Below, one piece after another: positions 55,523-64,000 of a stretch of 64,000 nt of DNA (within the stretch, counting starts at the first letter, position 1; the number at the start of each line of letters is the position of its first letter). The stretch spans positions 128,001 to 192,000 of the forward strand of contig CAXWPL010000001.1 of NCBI GenBank assembly GCA_963666215.2. Direction: 5' to 3'. This DNA comes from Acidobacteriota bacterium. GTDB taxonomy: Bacteria > Acidobacteriota > UBA890 > WLXD01. The notes beneath the pieces are model-generated. The model was given only the letters and a program-made list of their open reading frames with translations, did no database searches and was not told the origin of the DNA. The translations under genes and the position numbers were made by a program.

Positions 55523-56366
55523 CGATGCGAACCGATCTCCGTACGACGCGTAGTGTCTTCAGCGACCCTGCGGACGTCTCCGACGTGCCCGGTAGGCCGA
55601 GCGTCATGGAGATCTCCAAGTCCAGCAGACGGGCTGGAACGTCGCCGCTGACCTGTAGAACCTGCATCGACCAGCTCGAAAACCCGTCCGCGAGCGGCTG
55701 CCACGGGCCCGCGCCGTTCCGACGACGCAGGCTGAGTGTCGCCAGCGGGCCCACGCTCACGCCTTCAACGACCGCGTATTCCCGCAGCACCAGCGGCTGC
55801 AGCGCCCGCGGCACTCCCCATGCGTCGATCGAGCTTTGCTCGTCACCCCAGGTAATGAGCAGCCTCGACAGGCCGTCGATCGCTACGACTCGTCCCGCCG
55901 GAGCCGGGCTCGCGACCGGGTGACCCGGTTGTCCGAGAGCCGCCACCATGCCGACGACGACGACCTGCGGCAAGGGACGAGCGGTGAAGAGGTTCGCGCC
56001 GGCCAGCGCAACCTCGAGCGTCGGGCCGTCTGGGACCAGCAGTCGCAGCGACTGTCCGCCCGCGGCTACAACCGGGACCCGAGTGCCCTCGAACGTGATC
56101 GAGGCACTCCCCTCCAATCCGTCACCAGCTCGCTCCACGTCGGCAACGACGGCAGCGAGCGTCGCACGAGCGAGCGAGGTAGCAGCCAGCCGCCTCTCCA
56201 ACGTCGCAGCGGCCGAGCCGCCGCCCACGACGAGAGGCAGAATCGCCGCCGCGAGCAGCCCGGTGCACGCCGTCGCCACCAGCAACTCGAGCAGGCTCGT
56301 CCCGTGCACGCGCTCGTCGGCACACGCCACTGACGCCACCGCGCCGCCCGTTTCAGATTCGCCCAC
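55515..56366 (-). CDS. PilW/GspJ-like minor pilin
   Basis: G|TSLLELLVA prepilin motif; GPWQPLADG..MQV near the C-terminus. GTG start immediately after the upstream stop. Confidence 0.65.
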   Translation of the reverse strand: MGESETGGAVASVACADERVHGTSLLELLVATACTGLLAAAILPLVVGGGSAAATLERRLAATSLARATLAAVVADVERAGDGLEGSASITFEGTRVPVVAAGGQSLRLLVPDGPTLEVALAGANLFTARPLPQVVVVGMVAALGQPGHPVASPAPAGRVVAIDGLSRLLITWGDEQSSIDAWGVPRALQPLVLREYAVVEGVSVGPLATLSLRRRNGAGPWQPLADGFSSWSMQVLQVSGDVPARLLDLEISMTLGLPGTSETSAGSLKTLRVVRRSVRIGG

Positions 56367-56367
56367 C

Positions 56368-56841
56368 TCAGCGCGCCACCAAGAGCACCGCGTGAGCAGC
56401 CGTGGCGCCCGGCCCAGTCGGCTCGGAAATACCCGAGGCACGTGGTCCGCACGCAGCCTCAACACGGAACCAGAGGAGCACACCCTGCTGCACGAGCTCG
56501 ACCCGCCGCCAGCAACGCGGGGCTCGGCAGTCGAGTTCCTCCGTCGGCGAGACTGCGGCCACGTCGTCGACTGTGGCGAGGGCGCCGTCAGGGCCAGCTG
56601 CCCCGATCGGCTGCCAACCAACAGGATAGACAAGCGCGGGATGCGCGGCAGCGGCGGCGCTCTGCGCGCCTTCGAGAGCGCAGGCGGCATCCTCAGCGCG
56701 CGCAACGCGCTCCACGGTGGCGGTCAACACCGAGCCGATCGCGATCAGTCCCACACTGAGCAGCGCCAGGGCGACAACCACCTCGAGCAGGGAGAAGCCG
56801 CCGCGTTCGAGGTGCGGTGACGCCAACCTCCATCGGGCCAT
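56368..56841 (-). CDS. PilV/GspI-like minor pilin
   Basis: RGG|FSLLEVVVALALLSVGL. Confidence 0.7.
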   Translation of the reverse strand: MARWRLASPHLERGGFSLLEVVVALALLSVGLIAIGSVLTATVERVARAEDAACALEGAQSAAAAAHPALVYPVGWQPIGAAGPDGALATVDDVAAVSPTEELDCRAPRCWRRVELVQQGVLLWFRVEAACGPRASGISEPTGPGATAAHAVLLVAR

Positions 56842-57059
56842 CGCCCGTTGCAACGAGGCGCTCGGACCCGTTCGGGTCGGAGGTCGAGACGATGGGCGGT
56901 GGCGGCGAGGCCAAGTTCGATCGGCAACGGGATTGCGCATGACAATCCCTTTAGATGGTCACCGCCCGTCGCTTTCCTGGGCGCTGGGATGGCGTCGGAG
57001 AATCAATCATCAAACCGAGCGCAAACACCGCCGCGTCGATGCTCCTGCTCCAGGCCGTG

Positions 57060-57599
57060 CTAGTAGCCGTAGGCCCACATCGAGACTTCGACCCGTCCCG
57101 TCGCTCGATTGAACTCGACCTCGAAGGTGTCGCCGATCGAGTTGCTCAGGTACACCGCGTCGGTGGCGGCGGTGCTGTCGCCGAGCGTACCGTCGGGATG
57201 GAAGAACAACTCGGCGCCGGGAACGTCGATGGGCCCGCCAGAAGGTCCGCCGCTGAACGTAACCCCGAAGGGCAACCCTCGCGGGACAGCGTCGAGCAGC
57301 GTCCCGGTGGCGGCGTCGCCCTCGAATAGGCTGAAGGTCCCCGCGCCCACGTTGAACGCGATCGAGAATTCATCGCTCTGGCTGACGGCGCGCATGCGTT
57401 GCAGCTGTATGGTCGTGGCGATCTCTTGTGCGGCTGAGCGCGTGCGATAGCGATCGAGCCACGACTGCATGGCTGGCAGGCCGATCACTACGAGAATTCC
57501 GATGACCGCCATGGTCACGATCAACTCGATCAAGGAAAAGCCGCGCTGGCCGCCGCCAAGCGTGGAGCTCCACTTCGTCCGGGCGCGAAGCACGCTCAT
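57060..57599 (-). CDS. FimT/GspH-like minor pilin
   Basis: QRG|FSLIELIVTMAVIGIL; F.PDG and TGRV C-terminal motifs; GGAGG RBS. Confidence 0.8.
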   Translation of the reverse strand: MSVLRARTKWSSTLGGGQRGFSLIELIVTMAVIGILVVIGLPAMQSWLDRYRTRSAAQEIATTIQLQRMRAVSQSDEFSIAFNVGAGTFSLFEGDAATGTLLDAVPRGLPFGVTFSGGPSGGPIDVPGAELFFHPDGTLGDSTAATDAVYLSNSIGDTFEVEFNRATGRVEVSMWAYGY

Positions 57600-57971
57600 G
57601 GTACCGCCTCCTATGGATCATCCACCCACGCTGTGGAGGCGCGGCATACGACGTCACCGGTCGTATCTGCCTCCCAGCCTCATACTCGAGGCGAGTGTAG
57701 GCAGCGGCATGCAACGCTCCGCAGGCAAAAGCAACCCTCGGCAACACCTTGCCGGACAAGGGCAGAAGCCCGCGGTCGAGGCGGGCTAGCCCCGGACGAG
57801 TCGGGCAGATCGTGGAAGGTCCCGGCCGATTACGGAGACGCGCACCCAGCGAGGGCCTGCCAAGGACAGCGCGAACTCGCGACCGTCGTATCGAGGCAAG
57901 CGACGGCCAGGCGAGGCCAAGAGGTCAGCCGTTGAGATGCCCCGACGCCGGTTCGCGTCGCGTCGCTGGAC

Positions 57972-58754
57972 TCAAACGACGGGGGCGAATGTGGCGACGT
58001 ACCAGCGCAGAATCTCGGGACCGTAGGCGTCGACGATGACGGCGCCCATTGCCAGGAAGGTCCCGAAGGGCAGCGCGTACTCCCAACCGCGGCGACTGAG
58101 CTTGATCACCAGCACGCCAATCAGGCTACCGGCCAGCGAGCCAATGAAGATCGTCGTGAGCGCACCCTTCCAGCCAAGGAAGGCACCGATAAGCAACATC
58201 ATCTTGATGTCACCCATCCCCATCCCCTCGCGTCCTCGCATCTTGAGGTAGAGGTACGCGACAGCGTAGAGCACTCCCCCTCCAAGTAACGCGCCCAGGA
58301 TCGACTCGAGTGGCACTCGCCGCGGATCGGCGAACGAAAGGGCCAGCCCCAGGAGGGTACCCGGGAGCGTGATGATGTTGGGCAGGATTCGGTGGTCAAT
58401 GTCGATGAGCGACAAGACCAGCATCGTGTAGCCAAAGAGCGTGCTTGACGCCGCGCTCCATCCGGGCCCCCAGCGCCACAGAGCGAAACCGAGGATCAAC
58501 CCACCGGCGAGCTCAACGAGCGGATAGCGCACGGATATGGCTATGCCGCAGTCGCGGCACTTGCCGCGCAGCGCGAGCCAGGAAAACAGCGGCAGATTGC
58601 GGTACCAGGGGATCGGCGCCTTGCAGCTCGGGCACGCGGACCGCGGCACGATGTTGGCACCCAGCGGAACACGATGAATCACCACGTTGAGGAAAGAGCC
58701 GAACAGCAGGCCGAACAGGAAGCCTGTGCCCACGAGTACGAGGCCCGGGCTCAA
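57972..58754 (-). CDS. pilD: Prepilin peptidase/N-methyltransferase
   Basis: GSFLNVVIHR, CPSC and CRDC, RYPLVE, DIDHRILP, MGMGDIK, LPFGTFL. Confidence 0.96.
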   Translation of the reverse strand: MSPGLVLVGTGFLFGLLFGSFLNVVIHRVPLGANIVPRSACPSCKAPIPWYRNLPLFSWLALRGKCRDCGIAISVRYPLVELAGGLILGFALWRWGPGWSAASSTLFGYTMLVLSLIDIDHRILPNIITLPGTLLGLALSFADPRRVPLESILGALLGGGVLYAVAYLYLKMRGREGMGMGDIKMMLLIGAFLGWKGALTTIFIGSLAGSLIGVLVIKLSRRGWEYALPFGTFLAMGAVIVDAYGPEILRWYVATFAPVV

Positions 58755-59632
58755 CGGTCGGCCCTGCTCTGCGAATCACGCGGATCGGCAACGCGACCGG
58801 TTACCGGATCGTACGAATAGCGGGCGCCGGCGGGCGTCACCGGCAGGCCCGAGATGTAGCCGGTCTGCAGAAGATTCTCGAGCGCTCCAGGGGGTCTTCC
58901 CCGGTCGGTCCGATACTGAGCGATCGCCGCCTCGAGGGCCCCCATGTCGATCTCGATCTTGAGATCGTAGGTGTGCTGCCAGGCGATGTCGACAACACGC
59001 TCGTCTCCGTCGGCCGTAGCCGCGTCATGGATCTCGAGCCACATCGACAAAGCTCTCGTCTTGTCGCCGGCGTACTCGTTCATGCCGGCCAAGATGCGAC
59101 GCAGCGTCGCGGGGGAGCCGGGAACCGCGAGAGCGAGCTCAAAGTACTCCGAGGCCCGCGCGAAGTCCTCGAGGTCGAGCCAGCAGTAGTAGCCGGCCTC
59201 CATCGGCAGCAGCCATTCACCCGGGTTCTTCGCGGCACCCTTGTCGAGCAGGTCGAGCGCCAACTCGGGGTCGGACATGTCGGTCGCCATCACCAGAGCG
59301 CCGGTCAGGTAGGCGTCGAGGAAAAGCGGATCAAGATCGGTGATGACGTTGAAGATGCGCCAGATATAGCGTCGGCCCTCAGCGCTTCGATGGTGCCCGT
59401 AGTACTGCAGGCTCCACAGGTAAATCCCGTCGGCCAGAACCGTCTGAAAGCCGAGGCTGGTGGCCTGCATGTACTGCCCGCTCGGCAAGAACAGGAGCGA
59501 ATCTTCAATCGGCCAACGCCCGCGGCGGAAGTCAATTGAGCGCTGCGGCAGCACCCACCCGCCAACACAGAGCACCAACAGCGCCCAGAGGCCGATCGTG
59601 CGAACCACCTCACCGGGCCGAGCGGCGCTCAT
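58751..59632 (-). CDS. TPR-like pilus-associated protein (PilG/XapA-like role)
   Basis: N-terminal TM, LAD..YL..LQYYG, ITDLDP.F...Y, helical repeats, pilin-like C-terminal segment. Confidence 0.65.
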   Translation of the reverse strand: MSAARPGEVVRTIGLWALLVLCVGGWVLPQRSIDFRRGRWPIEDSLLFLPSGQYMQATSLGFQTVLADGIYLWSLQYYGHHRSAEGRRYIWRIFNVITDLDPLFLDAYLTGALVMATDMSDPELALDLLDKGAAKNPGEWLLPMEAGYYCWLDLEDFARASEYFELALAVPGSPATLRRILAGMNEYAGDKTRALSMWLEIHDAATADGDERVVDIAWQHTYDLKIEIDMGALEAAIAQYRTDRGRPPGALENLLQTGYISGLPVTPAGARYSYDPVTGRVADPRDSQSRADR

Positions 59633-60399
59633 ACGAGATCACGACGGCGAAACAGAATGGCTGCCAGCGTCAGCATGCCCGCCGTATAGGCGGCGGCATA
59701 GGCGGTGGCGTCGAGCACGTAACCGGGCGCCAGTGGCAGCTCGTAGACAACGCGGCTGCGAACGTTGAACGTCTCGAGGTCGGGAATCCCGTAGTAGAGA
59801 ACCGTCACGAGTACCCGAGTCAGTGGCGAGGGCACGCGCGCGGCGAAGTCCGCGAACCCCCACGATAGGTGGCCCACCACGTAGGTCGCCAACGTGAAGA
59901 CCGCGGCCAGGATGGGGGTCGTGAAGCTGGAGAACACGAGCGCCACAGCGGTGACGATCGACAGCTCCAGGTAGGTGAGCACGATCGCCGGCAGCAGGTG
60001 CGTCGGCGCCACGCCGCCCTTCGACCACACCATGCCGAGATAGAACACGGACATCAGGCCAAGCACCACGCCCAACGTCATCATCAAGCCGATGTACTTG
60101 CCGAACAGGAATTGCCAGCGCGCGACGGGCTTGGCCAATACGGCGTAGATCGTGCGCTTCTCGACCTCCTTGTGGACCAGGGTGATGCCAATGAAGACCG
60201 CGATCAGCATCCCGAAGACGGCAAGCGCCGCGAGGCCGACGTCGGTGACAATCTTGAGCTCGCTCCCCACGGTCAACCACGACAGCACGGTGGACGAGGC
60301 CATCAGCAGAACCGCGAACATCACGAACAGGACGAGGATCCGGTCGCGGACAGCTTCCCTGAAGGTGTGTACCGCGATGGCAGACAGTCGATCGATCAT
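59629..60399 (-). CDS. ABC-2 type permease (PilI-like)
   Basis: TFREAVRDR, EVEKRTIYAVLAKPVARWQFLFGKY, multiple TMs, FRRRDL end. Confidence 0.88.
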   Translation of the reverse strand: MIDRLSAIAVHTFREAVRDRILVLFVMFAVLLMASSTVLSWLTVGSELKIVTDVGLAALAVFGMLIAVFIGITLVHKEVEKRTIYAVLAKPVARWQFLFGKYIGLMMTLGVVLGLMSVFYLGMVWSKGGVAPTHLLPAIVLTYLELSIVTAVALVFSSFTTPILAAVFTLATYVVGHLSWGFADFAARVPSPLTRVLVTVLYYGIPDLETFNVRSRVVYELPLAPGYVLDATAYAAAYTAGMLTLAAILFRRRDLV

Positions 60400-61340
60400 G
60401 CGGTCGACTCCTCAGCAAGCTCGCCAGAGTCGCTCGCGCGCACCGCATCAACGAAGTATTCCTCCAGCGTCAGCCTGTGGGGTGTTACGAGGACAACGCG
60501 ACCACCGCTCCCCTTGACCGCGTCGAGCCAGTTCCCGAGGCCCTCCTCAGATTCGAAACGGTAGTACGAGCGCTGGCCCTGTCGAGCGTGCAGCGGAAAC
60601 TCCTGTAATGCCGCCTGATCGGCGTCCTCGCACGCCGCCTCCCAATAGCGCACCTTCTCCTCGAGGAGCTCGTCCACGGAGCTCTCGCGCACGATACGCC
60701 CGCCGAACAGGAGCCCCACTCGATCGCAAAGCGCCTCCGCATCGCCCAGGATGTGGCTGGAAAAGAAGATCGTCGTGCCGTGGTTCTTGAGGTCGACGAT
60801 GATGTCCTTGATGTCGCGACGGCCGATCGGATCGAGCCCGCTCATCGGCTCATCGAGTATGACGAGCTCGGGCTCGTTGATCAGCGCCTGGGCGAGACCG
60901 ATGCGCTGCAGCATGCCCTTGGAGTACTGCCTGATGGGGTTGTCGGCGCTGGCGGTCATGCCGACGGTCTCGAGCAGCCTTGCCGTGCGCTTGCGACGCT
61001 CCGCAGCTTCGATTCCGAACAGGCGGCCGAAATAGTCGACGAGCTCGCGACCTGTCAGATGCGGGTAGAAGTAGGGTTGCTCGGGCAAATAGCCCACGAG
61101 CTGCCGGGCTTCTGGCCTTGCTCCTCCAACCCCAAACAGCTCGATGTCGCCCTCATCGGGCGTGAGCAGCCCGAGAAGACACTTTATCGAGGTGGTCTTG
61201 CCCGCCCCGTTCGGGCCGAGAAACCCATAGACTTCGCCGCGCTCGACGGTGAGCGTGACGTCATGCAGAACACGTCGCTTGCGCAGCCAAAAGCCGTGCG
61301 GCAGTGACTTGGCTACGTGGCGAAAACGAACGATCGCCAT
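60396..61340 (-). CDS. ABC transporter ATP-binding protein (PilH-like)
   Basis: GPNGAGKTT, YSKGMLQR, LDEPMSGLDP, SSH. Confidence 0.93.
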   Translation of the reverse strand: MAIVRFRHVAKSLPHGFWLRKRRVLHDVTLTVERGEVYGFLGPNGAGKTTSIKCLLGLLTPDEGDIELFGVGGARPEARQLVGYLPEQPYFYPHLTGRELVDYFGRLFGIEAAERRKRTARLLETVGMTASADNPIRQYSKGMLQRIGLAQALINEPELVILDEPMSGLDPIGRRDIKDIIVDLKNHGTTIFFSSHILGDAEALCDRVGLLFGGRIVRESSVDELLEEKVRYWEAACEDADQAALQEFPLHARQGQRSYYRFESEEGLGNWLDAVKGSGGRVVLVTPHRLTLEEYFVDAVRASDSGELAEESTA

Positions 61341-61510
61341 CGAGAACCACCCCTACGCGCTGGCGTTTCGGAGAGGCGCACAAGCGCCCTATCGCGCGCA
61401 ACAAGTCCACCCACTCGTCGGCACCGAAACGCGACTCATTTTCGAACACTAGCCTATCAAAACCCACCGCAGATTGCGGTCGGAAGACACTGCTGCGGCC
61501 GATCTCCGGC

Positions 61511-61552
61511 AAAAAGAAAGCCGGGCTCCCGAGAAACGGGAGCCCGGCTTCT
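61511..61552 (-). terminator. Intrinsic terminator after the major pilin gene
   Basis: AAGCCGGGCTCCCG-loop-CGGGAGCCCGGCTT stem followed by TCTTTTT on the minus strand. Confidence 0.9.
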
Positions 61553-61578
61553 GTCCAGCGCCTAGCTATGCCAGGTGC

Positions 61579-62004
61579 TTACTGACCCGTCGGAGCCTGC
61601 GTGAACTGCCCGTTCGTCAGGATGAGATCGGAGGTGTACGGATCGTTGATCCACGGCGACGGCGGCGCGGGGCCCGTGGCACCGTCGGAACCGTTCGACG
61701 TCAGCGTGTACGTGACTCCACCGGCGTACGTCCAGGCGGTACCCCAGCCGTCGGCGGCCGGCGTGACCTGCATGTAGGTCGGCTGCAAGTTCGCCAGGGC
61801 CGTCGGATACGTGCCGAGATCGACTCGGTAAGTCCCGTTGGCCGTGGCGATGTTGCGCATGTCAGCCATCGTGCGACGCTGACGGCCACGGTCGATGGCG
61901 TCCAACAGCTGCGGCACCGCAATCGTCGCGATGATGCCGATGATCGCGACAACGATCAGCAGCTCGATGAGAGAGAAACCGCCTTCTTGGCGCTTGAGGT
62001 TCAT
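61579..62004 (-). CDS. pilA: Major type IV pilin with GspG-like head domain
   Basis: EGG|FSLIELLIVVAIIGIIA; DGWG...Y..YTLTSNGSDG; GGGAGGA RBS; own sigma-54 promoter and terminator. Confidence 0.8.
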   Translation of the reverse strand: MNLKRQEGGFSLIELLIVVAIIGIIATIAVPQLLDAIDRGRQRRTMADMRNIATANGTYRVDLGTYPTALANLQPTYMQVTPAADGWGTAWTYAGGVTYTLTSNGSDGATGPAPPSPWINDPYTSDLILTNGQFTQAPTGQ

Positions 62005-62094
62005 CTGGATCCTCCCGTGGGGCGCTGCCCCGTTGTTGTCGCCCGACCGAATCCAGCCGGGAACGCATTATCAATCATTCTTGCCCCCAAAAAG

Positions 62095-62111
62095 AGCAAG
62101 CAACATGCCAA
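62095..62111 (-). promoter_or_regulatory. Sigma-54 promoter of the pilin gene
   Basis: TTGGCAT-GTTGC-TTGCT with exact spacing; very AT-rich upstream tract at about 62140-62215. Confidence 0.85.
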
Positions 62112-62306
62112 CCATTGCATAAACTCGACATAGGATGGAAGAAATTATTTATACACATTATTAATCACTTCGAGATATGCATGTAAAGTGTTTGTTCTCA
62201 ACGACTTAGATACGATAGAGCCTTTTCTTTCGATCGCCTCACACGCGCGGGCAACGCTCATGCGTCGAGGTACTCCGGAGGTGGCGCCTGACGAGTTGAC
62301 GTTTTC

Positions 62307-62324
62307 TGTCAGTTCCGAGTGACA
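62307..62324. promoter_or_regulatory. Putative PilR enhancer site
   Basis: TGTCA-N8-TGACA palindrome with further GTCA/TGAC half-sites nearby, about 200 bp upstream of the -24 element. Confidence 0.5.
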
Positions 62325-62331
62325 AGAACCG

Positions 62332-63798
62332 TCATTTGTCACTCGTTGTCCCCGCCGCGTGCTCCCACCGCGGCTCCGACCGGGAGGGCTGGGGCTCCAG
62401 CTTCTTGAGGTAATAGCGAAACGACCGGAAGGAAATCCCGAGAAGCTCAGCTGCGCGGGTCTGCACGCCGTCTGCGCGCTCCAGCGCTTGCAACATCAGA
62501 TCGCGGCGCACATCCTCGAGATGCGCATCGAGATCCAGCCCGTGAGCGGGCATCGAAAACGCGGCTGCCGCTCGACGAGCGCTGGCGGCATCGGCGGCGA
62601 CCGGAGACTCGGCGGCGGCCAGCCGCACGAACGCCGGTAGATCCTCGAGCTCGATCGTCGCACCGCGAGCCATCGTCACCGCGTGACGGACCGCGTTCTC
62701 GAGCTCTCGCACGTTGCCCGGCCAATCGTAGGCGCACATGTAGCGCGTGGCTTCAGCCGAGAAAGAAGTCGCGCGGTCACCAGCTTCGGGACGCAAATCA
62801 GCCAGGAAATGTTCAATGAGCAGGACTAGGTCGGTCGGTCGCTCGCTCAGAGGCGGGAGATCGATCTGAATGACGTTCAGGCGGTAGTACAGGTCCTCGC
62901 GGAAGGTGCCGCCAGCGATCTCGGTGCGCAGCTCCTTGTTTGTGGAAGCAAGCACACGAACGTCGATCGCGCTCTCGACCGTGGATCCCACCCGACGGAC
63001 CCGGCGATCCTCGAGAACTCGCAGCAGCTTCGGCTGCATTTCGAGAGGCATATCGCCGATCTCGTCGAGCAGAATCGTGCCGCCTTCCGCCGCCTCGAAC
63101 AGGCCTTGTTTGTGGCGGTCCGCTCCGGTGAAGGAGCCCTTGACGTGCCCGAACAGCTCGCTTTCCAACAACTGGGCCGGCAGCGCCGCGCAGTTGATCG
63201 TCACGAACGGGGCAGCCGCACGATCGCCGTTGTAGTGAACGGCGCGCGCGACGAGCTCCTTGCCGGTGCCGCTCTGCCCGGTAATCAATACCGTCGAAGT
63301 CGAGCTCTTGACGCGGTGAATCAGGTCGAAAACTCGCTGCATCGCGCGCGAGGCACCCACAATGTTGTCAAAGCGATGTCGATCGGCGAGCTCGTCTTTC
63401 AGAAAGAGGTTCTCGCGCTGCAGCGCCCGACGCTCGACAGCGCGTCTGACTCGCAATTTCAGCTCGTGAAGATCGAACGGCTTGGTAATGTAGTCGTGGG
63501 CGCCGAGCCTTAGCGCCTCGATCGCCGAGTCGGCGGTAGCGTGCGCCGTGACCAGAATCACGTCGACATCGGGCACCTGCATGCGCAGCTGCCGCAGGAG
63601 CTCAATGCCCCCCATCCCTGGCATGCGTATGTCGGAGATGACAACATCGAAGGGCTGCTCGGCGACCGCCGCCAGCGCCGCTTCGCCGCTAGCAGCCGTC
63701 TGAACCTCATACCCCTCGCCACGGAGGGCTATCGCGAGCATGTCGCGCATGCTCCGCTCGTCGTCAACAACCAAGACTTGCTTCAACTCGACCCCCAT
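62332..63798 (-). CDS. pilR: PilR-like sigma-54 response regulator
   Basis: [49 protein letters not shown]; directly upstream of the pilin. ATG at 63798. Confidence 0.85.
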   Translation of the reverse strand: MGVELKQVLVVDDERSMRDMLAIALRGEGYEVQTAASGEAALAAVAEQPFDVVISDIRMPGMGGIELLRQLRMQVPDVDVILVTAHATADSAIEALRLGAHDYITKPFDLHELKLRVRRAVERRALQRENLFLKDELADRHRFDNIVGASRAMQRVFDLIHRVKSSTSTVLITGQSGTGKELVARAVHYNGDRAAAPFVTINCAALPAQLLESELFGHVKGSFTGADRHKQGLFEAAEGGTILLDEIGDMPLEMQPKLLRVLEDRRVRRVGSTVESAIDVRVLASTNKELRTEIAGGTFREDLYYRLNVIQIDLPPLSERPTDLVLLIEHFLADLRPEAGDRATSFSAEATRYMCAYDWPGNVRELENAVRHAVTMARGATIELEDLPAFVRLAAAESPVAADAASARRAAAAFSMPAHGLDLDAHLEDVRRDLMLQALERADGVQTRAAELLGISFRSFRYYLKKLEPQPSRSEPRWEHAAGTTSDK

Positions 63799-64000
63799 GG
63801 CCTGGGCGTAATCGCGCGCCGCGGCTGAAGCGGACACTGACAATATACGGAGACGGTCACGCCACCGGCCAATGCCGGATTTCCTGCCAACCGAGCTCGC
63901 CAACGAGGGGGCTTCACGCAGCGTCCAGCATTGCCGGCGACACGCCCACCGATGTCTCAGAGAGCGGCGCCTCGGCATCGGTTGCTGTGACTACCCGAGC

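Noticed and set aside
57725-57756. Sigma-54 promoter for the minor pilins
   Set aside because: CGGCAAGGTGTTGC has GG-N9-GC spacing, one base short of the strict requirement.
61579-62004. Conductive e-pilin, suggested by the Geobacter-like locus
   Set aside because: Mature positions 24 and 27 are Leu and Ala, not aromatic, and there is a long aromatic-free stretch from residue 2 to 49. Only Y50 and Y57 match.
63991-64000. 3' end of pilS (minus-strand TAG at 63991-63993)
   Set aside because: Only a few bases are visible, which cannot support a call.

Overview
High-GC bacterial chromosomal window, mostly core genome. Gene content and order suggest Acidobacteriota (inference; the full 16S gene here can test it). 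Left to right: (1) a surface-polysaccharide tailoring cluster (GT4, NodB-type deacetylase, two tandem CelD/BcsL-type GNAT paralogs, a Cys1-less AsnB-like ligase) interrupted by a methylmalonyl-CoA mutase large subunit; (2) moaC, a second GT4, and lpxC-ntrY-ntrX behind a sigma-54 promoter; (3) a stand-alone glutamate formimidoyltransferase, a zinc-ribbon/RDD pair, purH, yebC-ruvCAB-queA-dciA and a sulfatase-like protein; (4) a frameshifted IS256 element and a complete rRNA operon (16S-Ile-Ala-23S-5S, minus strand); (5) tyrS, purB-purSQL-purF-purM-purN and an M16 peptidase; (6) an arcE-arcC-arcB operon; (7) a Myxococcus/Geobacter-style type IV pilus locus (pilR, pilin, ABC transporter, TPR protein, pilD, four minor pilins). 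The strongest find is the arcE-arcC-arcB operon: an ATP-conserving arginine synthetase pathway with no arginine deiminase, hidden by a 1-nt frameshift. Other notable points are the GspG-like major pilin, sigma-54 control of lpxC, and low-complexity insertions in many housekeeping enzymes. Several single-base insertions look like sequencing errors. All family assignments come from motif recognition, not database searches.
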